Positions 11,158 to 20,325 of a stretch of 64,000 nt of DNA are shown one piece after another; the first letter of the stretch is position 1, and the number at the start of each line of letters is the position of its first letter. Where the stretch lies: assembly GCA_031414535.1 (NCBI GenBank), contig JANNVQ010000008.1, positions 1 to 64,000 on the forward strand. The letters are read 5' to 3'. Origin of the DNA: Gemmatimonas sp. GTDB taxonomy: Bacteria > Gemmatimonadota > Gemmatimonadetes > Gemmatimonadales > Gemmatimonadaceae. Position numbers and translations under genes: made by a program. The notes beneath the pieces were generated by a model. That model made no database searches, was not told the origin of the DNA, and was given only the letters and a program-made list of their open reading frames with translations.

Positions 11158-11766
11158 ATGCTCCGCAGTCGCACCCTCCTCGCCGGCCTCGCTGTCACTG
11201 TCCTCACGGTCAGCGGCTGTTCAATCAAGCGCGTCGAGCGCATTGATCCCAACAGCGTCACGGACCTCTCGGGGCGCTGGAACGACGCCGACTCGCGTCT
11301 GGTCGCCAACGCCTTAATCACACAGTCGCTCGAGGCCACCTGGGCCCGCGAGTATGCGGCGGCCAACGGCGGCACCGCGCCCACGGTCATCGTTGGGCAG
11401 ATTCGCAACCGCACCATGGAGCACATTCCCATCGGCACCTTCGTGCGCGACCTCGAGCGCGCCTACGTGCAGACCGGCGTCGTGCGTCTCGTGGCCAGCG
11501 CCGAAGAGCGCGAGGAAATTCGCGGTGAGCGCGCCGACCAGCAGACCAACGCCTCGGCCGAGACACGGGCGCGAATGGCGCGTGAGATGGGCGCCCGCTT
11601 CATGCTGCAGGGCGACGTCCAAGCCATTGAAGACAGCGAGGGTCGCGAGCGCATCGTGTTCTATCAGGTGGACGTGACGCTCATTGACCTCGAGACCAAC
11701 GTCCGCACGTGGATGGGCCAGCACAAGATCAAGAAGTACATCCAGCGTCGTCGCCTCACGCCGTAA
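11158..11766 (+). CDS. LpoB-like (penicillin-binding protein activator) lipoprotein
   Basis: Lipobox VSGC; VERIDP...DLSGRWND, IRNRTMEHI, YQVDVTLIDLET and KIKKYI fit the LpoB-like family. Confidence 0.75.
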   Translation: MLRSRTLLAGLAVTVLTVSGCSIKRVERIDPNSVTDLSGRWNDADSRLVANALITQSLEATWAREYAAANGGTAPTVIVGQIRNRTMEHIPIGTFVRDLERAYVQTGVVRLVASAEEREEIRGERADQQTNASAETRARMAREMGARFMLQGDVQAIEDSEGRERIVFYQVDVTLIDLETNVRTWMGQHKIKKYIQRRRLTP

Positions 11767-11778
11767 CCGGAGCCTAAC

Positions 11779-12663
11779 ATGCGTCGCCCTGCGAAATCCA
11801 CAGCAAAAACCATAGTCAAGGTCGCCGCGCGCGAGCGCGAACTGCCCTTTGCCCAAATCACGCTCTTCACACTGCTGCTCGGCGTGATACTGCTGGCCGC
11901 GGCCTGCGCCCCGTATCCACAGCGCATTGACCAACCCGTCGCGCTTCCCAACAACGCCAACGTGCCGCAGGTAGACCCCGCCAACGCGGCCATTGGCTCG
12001 CAGACCGCCTATGCCATGATGCGCTACTCGGCAGACAGCGTGTACGCGGTGGCTATTCGCGGTTGCTCCCAGGGTGTCTGTGATGCCATTGGTCGCGGCG
12101 AGATCATCCTTGGCATGACGCCCGAGCAAGTGATGGCCGCATCGCGCACGGGCCCACAGGCTTGGGTGCTACGTCGCTTTGACGGATTCGGCACCATGGT
12201 GCCGGCCTCGCCGAATGCTTCGCCCTATGATCGCGTGGGCCAGGTGATGGTGGTGCAGCTCGAGCGCGGTGCGTCGGCCGTGGTGAGCCGTCGCGGTCCT
12301 CAGGGCATCATGGTCGTGAGCAACCCGCAGGACGAGACCACGCAGGCCCGTGCGCGCGCGCAGGCCGAAGCGCTCGTGCGTGAAGGCGACGATCTCGTAG
12401 CCGCCAACGATATGGCCGGCGCGCTCAATCGCTACGACCGGGCCAGCGTGCTCGACCCCAGCCAGCCGGAGATTGAGTACAAGGCCGCGCGCCTACTCGA
12501 TCTGCAATTGCGCCCGCAGGAGGCGTTAATGCGCTACCAGCGCTTCTTGCTCTCGATGGACCTCGAGCGCATCAAGGCTCAGGGCGAGGCCAGCGCGCGC
12601 ATGGCCGAGGCCATTGCCCTTGCACAGCAGCGCATCGTGGTGCTGCAGCGCGAGGTGCGCTGA
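11779..12663 (+). CDS. Lipoprotein with SmpA-like GMTPEQV motif and C-terminal TPR-like helices
   Basis: Lipobox LAAAC, IILGMTPEQV, and ALNRYDRASVLDP TPR-like segment. Confidence 0.65.
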   Translation: MRRPAKSTAKTIVKVAARERELPFAQITLFTLLLGVILLAAACAPYPQRIDQPVALPNNANVPQVDPANAAIGSQTAYAMMRYSADSVYAVAIRGCSQGVCDAIGRGEIILGMTPEQVMAASRTGPQAWVLRRFDGFGTMVPASPNASPYDRVGQVMVVQLERGASAVVSRRGPQGIMVVSNPQDETTQARARAQAEALVREGDDLVAANDMAGALNRYDRASVLDPSQPEIEYKAARLLDLQLRPQEALMRYQRFLLSMDLERIKAQGEASARMAEAIALAQQRIVVLQREVR

Positions 12664-12670
12664 GCGCGCG

Positions 12671-14083
12671 ATGCGTGCCCACCGCCTGCGCGTCCGTGTG
12701 AGCTTGGCTGCCGTGCTGCCACTCGTCTTCGTGATGAGCGGTTGCGCGGCAGCCAGCGCGGCGTGGCGTGCCGGACCGATGGGAATCGCTGCCGAGTGGA
12801 CGATTCGCGATCACTTGGCGTACGGCCGCCCCGCGCAGGCCTGGGCGGCGATGGGCAACAAGGAGATTGCGCCGCGTGACGCGTTGCTGCGACATATGTA
12901 TCGCGGCGTGATTGCGCTGCACGCAGGCGAGTTCGAGCTCGGTGCCAAGAGCATGGACCGCGCCTGGGCAATCGTGGATGAACGCTACACCAAGCGCCTC
13001 TCGCGTGGTGCGGCTTCGCTGGTGACATCAGACGCGACCTTGCCCTACTACCCGCTGCCCACTGAGCATTTGTTCATTCCCTACTACGGTGCGATGAACT
13101 ATCTCGCGCTGGGGAACATGGACGAGGCCATTGTGGAGACGCGCCGGCTCGCCATGCTTTTGCAATCGGACGCGGGCCCGCGACCCGCGAAGGAGCTCGA
13201 AGGCGCGCTGCGCTATGTGAGCGGCGTGTTGTTCGAGGCGGCCGGTGAGCGTCAGGATGCACAGGTGGCGTATCGCAATGCGGCGGCACTCTTGGGCACG
13301 CTGCCGGGCGACACGCTCGCCGCCGGCGCCGACAGTGGGGACGTCGTCGTCATCGTGGAGGACGGATTCGTGGTGCGCCCGCAGCCGCAATCATTGGCGG
13401 TGTTCACAGACGGCGACGAGTTCACCGCCTTGCGTCGTGGCCGCGATGCCGATCGCATCCTCGTGGCGAATCGCGTGCGTGATCGCGCGCGCGATCCCAA
13501 CTGGCGCGCTCCCGACGTGGGCTTTGCCAGGTACGAGGTGAATTGGGCAACCATCGGCGAAGGGACACCGAGCAACACGCAGCTGGCGGTGCGCACCGAC
13601 CAAGGCGCGTTCTCGGTGCTGAGCGCGGCGGTGAGTCCGTCGGTGGCACAGGACTTCACGGCCTTGGTGCCCGAGAAGTTGGCGCGCGGCATCGCGCGTG
13701 CGGCCGTTCGCGCAGCCGCGCTGAAGGCGGCGGAGCATCAGCTCGACCAAGCCATCTCTGACGACAACGATGATGACGACGACGAGGAGAAGCGCAGCAC
13801 CGCGGGCCGCGTCATCCAAGGCATCTTCGGACTCCTCATCGGCGGCATCGCAGCTGGAAGCACGGTCATTGACCAGCCTGACCTTCGCGCCTGGCAACTG
13901 CTGCCGGACCGTCTCATCATCGCGCGCCTACGCCTGCCGGTGGGCGAGCATCCCATCTATGTGTTGCAGGGTGACAAGCCGGTACTCATTGGCACGGCCA
14001 CGGTGCGCGATGGCACCGTGGCCGTGATGAACTACCGCCTATGGCCGGGACCTGGAGCGCGGCAGTTCATGGCGACAAAGTGA
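12671..14083 (+). CDS. COG3014-like lipoprotein
   Basis: Lipobox MSGC, TLPYY...E...Y..MNYL..G..DEAIVE, DAQVAYRNA and DLRAWQLLP motifs; in an operon with an LpoB-like gene. Confidence 0.72.
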   Translation: MRAHRLRVRVSLAAVLPLVFVMSGCAAASAAWRAGPMGIAAEWTIRDHLAYGRPAQAWAAMGNKEIAPRDALLRHMYRGVIALHAGEFELGAKSMDRAWAIVDERYTKRLSRGAASLVTSDATLPYYPLPTEHLFIPYYGAMNYLALGNMDEAIVETRRLAMLLQSDAGPRPAKELEGALRYVSGVLFEAAGERQDAQVAYRNAAALLGTLPGDTLAAGADSGDVVVIVEDGFVVRPQPQSLAVFTDGDEFTALRRGRDADRILVANRVRDRARDPNWRAPDVGFARYEVNWATIGEGTPSNTQLAVRTDQGAFSVLSAAVSPSVAQDFTALVPEKLARGIARAAVRAAALKAAEHQLDQAISDDNDDDDDEEKRSTAGRVIQGIFGLLIGGIAAGSTVIDQPDLRAWQLLPDRLIIARLRLPVGEHPIYVLQGDKPVLIGTATVRDGTVAVMNYRLWPGPGARQFMATK

Positions 14084-16946
14084 GCGCCGTGTAGGCAATC
14101 GTTGTGTTACGCAAGACACCGTTGAGCGAGTGGCTCACGCCAATACGAGTCCGCACCGCTGGAATGCGCAAAATCGACACGCGGGGCACTGGCAGGCCGA
14201 ACTCCGCACCGACCACACGAAGCGTCGTCCCGAAATTCTCGTTGCCGGCCACAATCCAGTCGTGATACAGACGGAACGGTCCCGAGGTCTCTGCTGTGAG
14301 CATGCCGAAGCGACGGCCGCCGGTCGTGCTGAAGGGAAGGCCGAGGTGCTCCACGCGCTGCGTAATCACCAGCGGATCGATGTACAGCGAGCCGGTCCCG
14401 CCCACGTAAAACCATTCCGCCACTGGCGCCTCGGCGTCTACTTCGCCGCCGCGTGCGCGCAGGTTGATGCCGCCCGGTCCTGCTTGGACGCCGAGGAGCA
14501 GGTCAGCGGTCAGGCGAGTCCACGGCAGTTCGTTGGTGGAGCCGCTCGCGACGCTCGCGGCGTAGCCCACCACGGTGCTGCGGTTGGCCTTTGGCGTGAA
14601 GCGATAGTTGGCCGAGAGCTCCGCAAATGCGAGGCTACGGCTCGCTGAGGGCGTGTTGAGCGTGGGATTGCTCACGGAGCCAATGCTCCCGCCTGCACGA
14701 TACCGCGTGCTCCCGTGTACGCCGGCGCGCGTGAGGTCAAGCGAGAGCACACCACCGGCGTAGGCTTCGTCGGACGATTCGAACAGTGCACCACGCGTGC
14801 GCGGCTGCAGCGACGGGCGGTAGTCCGTGCTGAATCCCTGCAGGCGCAACTCCGGTCGGTAGCGGCGCCACGCGTAATCGGCGCGCACGCCGCTCCAAGC
14901 ACCGTTGCGGCCCACGCCGCCCAACAACAGGCCTTGGCCGCGGCCCAGAGGATCGCCGAAGCTCACGCCCGCGCTCCAAGTACCACCGTCACCGCCTTCG
15001 GTGCCGAGGGCAAAGAACGACGCGCCAAAGGGACCGACCCCATATGACGTTGCCGAATCCACCCGCACCGACGGGAAGGTCACGGACTTCCCCGTGGCGA
15101 TGCGACGCGCTGCGGGGAAGTTTGATTCTGAAATCGGGCTGCCCACGGGGAGGGTGCTGCGGGCTGCGTTGACTCGCAAATCCCATCCGCGGCCGTGCAG
15201 GTCAAGCCACCAGATGCGTCCGTCGGGGCCAACTTCGGGTGAGCCTGCCGCGCCGATGGTGCGCGCGGCCACGGTGATGCCTCGGTCGTAGTTCACCGGA
15301 ATGCGCTCGAGCACCTGCACACCGCTCGCGTCGCTGACGGCAATCACGGTACTGTCGGACTCCCAGGTGGGTGAAAAGCGCGAGAAGGCATCGTCGGGTC
15401 CAATCACGCGTGCGTTGCCGCTGACGATTTCAATGAGAACAGGCACCCAGCGCGCGCCCTGCTGACGCGCTGTTGCCACGAAGCGACCATTCGGTGACAC
15501 ACGCACACCGGCGTAGCCGCGGTCGAGCGTGCCCGTGGCGAGCGGACGAATGTTGCCGTTCTCGAGGTCCACCATCACGAGCGAGCAGGTGCCACTGCCG
15601 CAGGTCAGTGCGGCGGCGGACTTTTGGTCGGGCAGCGGATCCGCCATCTGAATCCCGGCGCCGTGCGTGATGCGACGCACCTTGCCGGTCTTGGAGTTCC
15701 ACATGAACAAATCCGAGCGTACGCGCCCATCAGCCAGCGGCACGGCACGCGTCACAAGCAAGCGTTCGCCGTCGGCGAGGTAACGCGGTGCATCATAGGG
15801 CTCTCCGGCAACCGGTCCCAGCATCGCGACGCGCTTGAGGGCAGGCGGATGCGCGCGGTAGATCGGAAGGTCGAGCGAATCCTTTGCCAGTCGTTTGGCT
15901 TGAGCGGTGGAATCTCGGCGAGCTGCGGCCGTATCGGGTTCTAGCGAAAAAATCATGATGCCACCAGCATCGCCCTGCACGGCGCGACGCACCGCGAGGC
16001 GATCACCATTCGGCGACACATCGGGGCTGCCGGCGCCGCCGCTCCACTTCTGCACCAACTCGCCCCGCTCCAGCCCCTGCGCCTCCAATTCGGTGCGCAC
16101 CGCATACGCCTGCCGGGTGACCTCGGCGCTGAAGCGGCCGTAGAGCAAGTCCGGCGACTCACCAAACGTCGCAGTAAATGCCTTGGGGAAGCTGCGGCCC
16201 ACGCGTGCCGTGGACCGCCGCCAGAGTTGGGGCAGAGCGGAGTCCCCGCGCATGGACTGCAACCATTCGAGGTACGCCGAACCAATCAGGTAGCGCATCG
16301 CACCGCCATTGAAGCGGTTCGTGGCATTGAGCCCCGGGTAGGTCGGCAGATAGCCCTCGAGTGCCAGAGTACGGATGATGGCAGGGCGCATCGTACCGTT
16401 CGGACGGCCCGATCCCGTGACCTCACCTTCGATGAGCGTGGCGTAGCCTTCGGACACCCAGGCCGGCGAACCCGTGATGGGCCCCAGCGGCACGACACTC
16501 AGCAGTGCCAACGGAAACGCGAATGGCTTCCGTGAGGGCCGCATCAGGTGCGCCAAGTGTGCGTACTCGTGCACCGCGAGGATGTCGCCCCACCCGCGCG
16601 AGTTGCCAATCATGCTCGTGGGCGAGGGCGGCGTGGCCCAGAAGCGCATGGCCGGATACGTCAGCGAGGGCCACGCCGAACCGTTTGGCTGATTGAGCGG
16701 ATCCTCCACCAGCACATCAATGATGCGTGGCGGCGTGTAGCCAACTCGCGCGGCCACCACCGTGCGCACGCCTTCGATGCGCGACGCCAACTGCTGGGCC
16801 CATGCTTCAAGGCCCGGCTCGAAATGAATCCGGAAGTGCTCCGTGGTTATGGTCTGCCAACGGAGACTCGGGACCTCGCCCTGCGCCGCAGCGCGAGTGG
16901 GCATAAGTAGCGCGACGGCGAGAGCAAGCAGGAACAGACCACGCAT
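14067..16946 (-). CDS. Secreted/outer-membrane protein: zincin-like domain, TolB-like propeller and C-terminal beta-rich region
   Basis: Signal peptide, HEYAH plus downstream WVSEGYA, SPNG repeats, and amphipathic beta-strands in the C-terminal third. Confidence 0.7.
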   Translation of the reverse strand: MRGLFLLALAVALLMPTRAAAQGEVPSLRWQTITTEHFRIHFEPGLEAWAQQLASRIEGVRTVVAARVGYTPPRIIDVLVEDPLNQPNGSAWPSLTYPAMRFWATPPSPTSMIGNSRGWGDILAVHEYAHLAHLMRPSRKPFAFPLALLSVVPLGPITGSPAWVSEGYATLIEGEVTGSGRPNGTMRPAIIRTLALEGYLPTYPGLNATNRFNGGAMRYLIGSAYLEWLQSMRGDSALPQLWRRSTARVGRSFPKAFTATFGESPDLLYGRFSAEVTRQAYAVRTELEAQGLERGELVQKWSGGAGSPDVSPNGDRLAVRRAVQGDAGGIMIFSLEPDTAAARRDSTAQAKRLAKDSLDLPIYRAHPPALKRVAMLGPVAGEPYDAPRYLADGERLLVTRAVPLADGRVRSDLFMWNSKTGKVRRITHGAGIQMADPLPDQKSAAALTCGSGTCSLVMVDLENGNIRPLATGTLDRGYAGVRVSPNGRFVATARQQGARWVPVLIEIVSGNARVIGPDDAFSRFSPTWESDSTVIAVSDASGVQVLERIPVNYDRGITVAARTIGAAGSPEVGPDGRIWWLDLHGRGWDLRVNAARSTLPVGSPISESNFPAARRIATGKSVTFPSVRVDSATSYGVGPFGASFFALGTEGGDGGTWSAGVSFGDPLGRGQGLLLGGVGRNGAWSGVRADYAWRRYRPELRLQGFSTDYRPSLQPRTRGALFESSDEAYAGGVLSLDLTRAGVHGSTRYRAGGSIGSVSNPTLNTPSASRSLAFAELSANYRFTPKANRSTVVGYAASVASGSTNELPWTRLTADLLLGVQAGPGGINLRARGGEVDAEAPVAEWFYVGGTGSLYIDPLVITQRVEHLGLPFSTTGGRRFGMLTAETSGPFRLYHDWIVAGNENFGTTLRVVGAEFGLPVPRVSILRIPAVRTRIGVSHSLNGVLRNTTIAYTALTLSP

Positions 16947-16951
16947 CTATT

Positions 16952-17923
16952 TCAATCCAAAGCGGCGGCGAACTCCCGCACGATCTCTCCGGCGGGCTTC
17001 ACCTCGTGAATGCCAGCCACGCTGCGGCCGGCTTGCCAGTAATCTCTGCTGACGTCGCTGGTCATCAGCGACTTCTTCAGACGGCGTACGGAGTTGAGCG
17101 CATAAAAGGTTCGCATCCAATGCTTGCGGCGACGGCCGCGCAACATCCACCGTGCAAACCATCCGGTACCGGTACCCAGCTTATCTATGAACGGATTCCG
17201 AATCACGGCCACGGGGACGCCGGTGAGGCGTTCCGTGAGCACGATGTCGTCGGCCTTGGCATCGACAATGGCCTGCTTGTAGGCATCGCTGGCCTTGCAC
17301 TCGGGCGTGGCGATGAAGCGCGTGCCGAGTTGAACGGCGGTGTAGCCCATGCGCAGTTGCCGCGTGAACTCCGCCGCGTCACCCACGCCGCCTGCGGAGA
17401 CCACGGGCAGGCCAAAGGGCGCAAGCTCGGCGAGCAATTCCTCAGGTGAGAGTCGGCCTGCGTGTCCGCCGGCCAGCTTGTTCACGGCTACAAGGCCATC
17501 CACGCCGCCGTCCACGCCTTTTTGCGCCCACTTCTTCTCGGTGACGTCGTGGTAGACCACGCCGCCCGCCGCGTGCACCCGGGCACACACCCACTTTGGA
17601 TTTCCCAGTGAGGTGAGGAAGAAGCGCACGCCTTCTTCGAGCGCGATGTCTATCCACTGCTCCATGCGCTCGCGGTAGAGCTTGTTGTTGCCTTCGATGA
17701 GCGCGTTGAAGCCAATCGGTTTGCTTGTGAGGTCCCGAATGCGGCGCAGGCCGGCGCGGAACTCGAAGCCGTGCACATAGGTGAGCGAGATTGGCTGGAC
17801 GATGCCCAATCCGCCCGCCTCGCTGACGGCAGCGACGAGTTCCGGATTGGAACACGGGTACATCGGTCCGCAAATCAGCGGGACCTGCACGCCGGTGTGC
17901 TTGGTGAACGCCGTTTCCATCAT
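16952..17923 (-). CDS. Nitronate monooxygenase/FabK-like flavin oxidoreductase
   Basis: ELVAAVSEAGGLG, AGGHAG, SAGGVGD, QLGTRFIAT and WQAG motifs. Confidence 0.88.
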   Translation of the reverse strand: MMETAFTKHTGVQVPLICGPMYPCSNPELVAAVSEAGGLGIVQPISLTYVHGFEFRAGLRRIRDLTSKPIGFNALIEGNNKLYRERMEQWIDIALEEGVRFFLTSLGNPKWVCARVHAAGGVVYHDVTEKKWAQKGVDGGVDGLVAVNKLAGGHAGRLSPEELLAELAPFGLPVVSAGGVGDAAEFTRQLRMGYTAVQLGTRFIATPECKASDAYKQAIVDAKADDIVLTERLTGVPVAVIRNPFIDKLGTGTGWFARWMLRGRRRKHWMRTFYALNSVRRLKKSLMTSDVSRDYWQAGRSVAGIHEVKPAGEIVREFAAALD

Positions 17924-18393
17924 CGGACGGGCCCCAATCGCCACGTGACTCGGCCCGTGGCGACGAGCGTCCCGGAGGGATCAAAGCACTCCGCCAAAAC
18001 CTCGAGGCCCTGATCGGAAGTCACGTCCGGGACAGTGACGCGGCTCACGGCGCGAATCGTCCCACGGGCCTTTTTATGATAGGTCATGCGCAAGTCGGTC
18101 ACGATGCCGCGAATGTGGTCGGGAAGGCCGGCCATCATGGCCAGTCCGCTGGTCATCTCGGCCACGTTCATCAGAGCGATCGCGTGCACGGAACCCAAGT
18201 GCTGGCGGTTCGCTCGGATATCGGGTATCTCCACCTCGGCGTGGCCGGGTTCGAGCACGCGGATGCGAGGCTTCACTGAGCCGGAGTAGGGCACAGTGTA
18301 CGAAAAAATGCGCGCAAATATCCACTCGCCGGCCGGCCAATCTTGGAGACGGCGCCATAAGGCGAGCAAACGGGTTCCTGGGGTCTGGGCCAT
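17920..18393 (-). CDS. Hotdog-fold thioesterase (DUF4442/PaaI-like)
   Basis: VPYSGSV, NRQHLGSVHAIALMNVAE and YHKKARG motifs. Confidence 0.8.
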   Translation of the reverse strand: MAQTPGTRLLALWRRLQDWPAGEWIFARIFSYTVPYSGSVKPRIRVLEPGHAEVEIPDIRANRQHLGSVHAIALMNVAEMTSGLAMMAGLPDHIRGIVTDLRMTYHKKARGTIRAVSRVTVPDVTSDQGLEVLAECFDPSGTLVATGRVTWRLGPVR

Positions 18394-18530
18394 GGGCTCA
18401 AAGCTCGCGGACCGATGCAGGGAAGGGAAGGAGATGGTGCATCGGACCCTGTACCCCTTGTGAGGGGAACCGCAGGGTGGGTAGCGTGCTACTATCGTAG
18501 GAGCTGGTCCCCATTCATGGAGAGGTCGCG

Positions 18531-20300
18531 GTGATGGCGATGTGGTCTGCCCGTCGGTCGTTGATGCTGGTCGTGCTTGGTGGTCTTGCTGCCGCCTGCG
18601 AATCGCCCACCAAGGCCCCCGTGCCGGTATCGAGCGTAGTCGTTGGTCCAGGGACGTCTCTCATAGATCCCGGGGCGACGCTGCAGTTCAGCACCATCGT
18701 AACCGATGTGAGCGGCAACCCGTTGGAGGGCCGTGAAGTGGTGTGGAGCGTGGTAGATACCAACGTCGCGCGAATCTCCACGGCCGGACTCCTGACGGCG
18801 AAGCCGCACCCCGACGCCACCAACCGCACAACCTTCGTGCGTGCTGATGTGGGCGGGAAGTTCGGCGTGGCTACGATCTCGGTTCGGCCGGCCGTGGTCA
18901 CGTCCATCACGATTGCGCCCTTCACGGCGACCCTACAGCAGGGCGACGCACCGACGCTCACCGTCCAAGTGCGTGATGCGTTTGGCACGCTGCTCCCGGG
19001 TCGTCCGCCCACATGGACCAGCCGCGATCAAACGACGGCTCGCATCACTGCTGGTGGCGTGCTCACGGGCGTTGGGTTCGTCAGCGCCAGTAACCGCACG
19101 GTTCGCATTGTCGCAAACATTGGAACCGTCTCGGACAGCATCACCGTGACCGTTGCCCCCACTACGGTGGTGGGGCTGCGCATCTACCCCGACGCGCCAT
19201 ACCTCCAGCCCGATTGGACCAAGACTCTGCGAGTGGAAGGCCGTTCTCCGGCCAACACCGCCGTGCTGGGCGTCACGCCGACCTTCAGTTCGTCGAATCC
19301 GGCCATTGCCACGGTCAATTCATCAGGAACCGTTACCGCGCTCTCCGGCGCCAGCGGCACCACGGACGTCATCGCAACCTTCGGCGCCTTCGCCGATACC
19401 GTGACGGTGACGGTGGATGCCTGCGGGGCCGCGCCCGCGGGGACGTATCCGCTAGAAATTCGCTACTTCGGTCCCAATCCGGCGAGTACCACGGTGCAGG
19501 CGGCGTTCACCTGCGCCGTCAACCGCATTCGCGCCATCATCCGCAGTCCCATCTCGCCCACGAACCTCAACGGCGCTTCGCTGCAAAATTGCACCGGCGA
19601 ACCCGTCACGCTCACCGAACAGACCTCTGGCCTCATCATCTACGCCAAGGTGGACTCCATCGACGGGCCGGGCCAGGTCCTCGGCTCCGCCGGTCCTTGC
19701 TTTGTGAACGGTACCACCCGTACACCTGTCGTCGGCATCATGCGCTTTGACGTGGCTGATCTCAATGCCCTCGCCGCGAGCGGGCGCCTCGATGCCGTCA
19801 TCATGCACGAGATGCTCCACGTCGTGGGCATCGGCACCATGTGGCGCGATGCGCAGTTGAATCCGCTGATGTGGACGGGCGCGGTAACTGATCCGGGCTT
19901 CCTTGGGCAGCGCGCCCGCGAGGCCTGCGTGGACTTCCACGGCGGCGCCAACATCTGCGCCACTCAGGTCCCGATCGAGGATTGCGTCGGCATCGCCGGC
20001 TGCGGCGCCGGCACCCTGCACGGCCACTGGCGCGAACTCATCTTCCGACGCGAGTTGATGACGGGCTATGTGTCGGCAGCCGGTGTGCAGAATCCATTCT
20101 CACGCATGACCATCCAGGCGCTTGGCGATCTTGGCTACGTCGTCGATCCCGATCAATCCAATGACTACGTCATTCCCCCAGCGGCGCTGATGGGATTGTT
20201 TGAACAAGGCGGGCGCAGCGGCGAACTCCAACTGCCGGCGCCACACTTGCCCACACACTGGGTTGACCCCATGGGACGTCTGCGCCCGATTATTCGCTGA
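18531..20300 (+). CDS. Lipoprotein with Big_2 Ig-like repeats and a leishmanolysin-like (M8) metallopeptidase domain
   Basis: Lipobox LAAAC, three Ig-like repeats (e.g. FSSSNPAIATVNSSG), IDGPGQVLGSAGP, HEMLHVVG, GHWRE and ELMT Met-turn. Confidence 0.82.
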   Translation: MMAMWSARRSLMLVVLGGLAAACESPTKAPVPVSSVVVGPGTSLIDPGATLQFSTIVTDVSGNPLEGREVVWSVVDTNVARISTAGLLTAKPHPDATNRTTFVRADVGGKFGVATISVRPAVVTSITIAPFTATLQQGDAPTLTVQVRDAFGTLLPGRPPTWTSRDQTTARITAGGVLTGVGFVSASNRTVRIVANIGTVSDSITVTVAPTTVVGLRIYPDAPYLQPDWTKTLRVEGRSPANTAVLGVTPTFSSSNPAIATVNSSGTVTALSGASGTTDVIATFGAFADTVTVTVDACGAAPAGTYPLEIRYFGPNPASTTVQAAFTCAVNRIRAIIRSPISPTNLNGASLQNCTGEPVTLTEQTSGLIIYAKVDSIDGPGQVLGSAGPCFVNGTTRTPVVGIMRFDVADLNALAASGRLDAVIMHEMLHVVGIGTMWRDAQLNPLMWTGAVTDPGFLGQRAREACVDFHGGANICATQVPIEDCVGIAGCGAGTLHGHWRELIFRRELMTGYVSAAGVQNPFSRMTIQALGDLGYVVDPDQSNDYVIPPAALMGLFEQGGRSGELQLPAPHLPTHWVDPMGRLRPIIR

Positions 20301-20325
20301 CTTCACCACCACTCGAGTGCTCACG

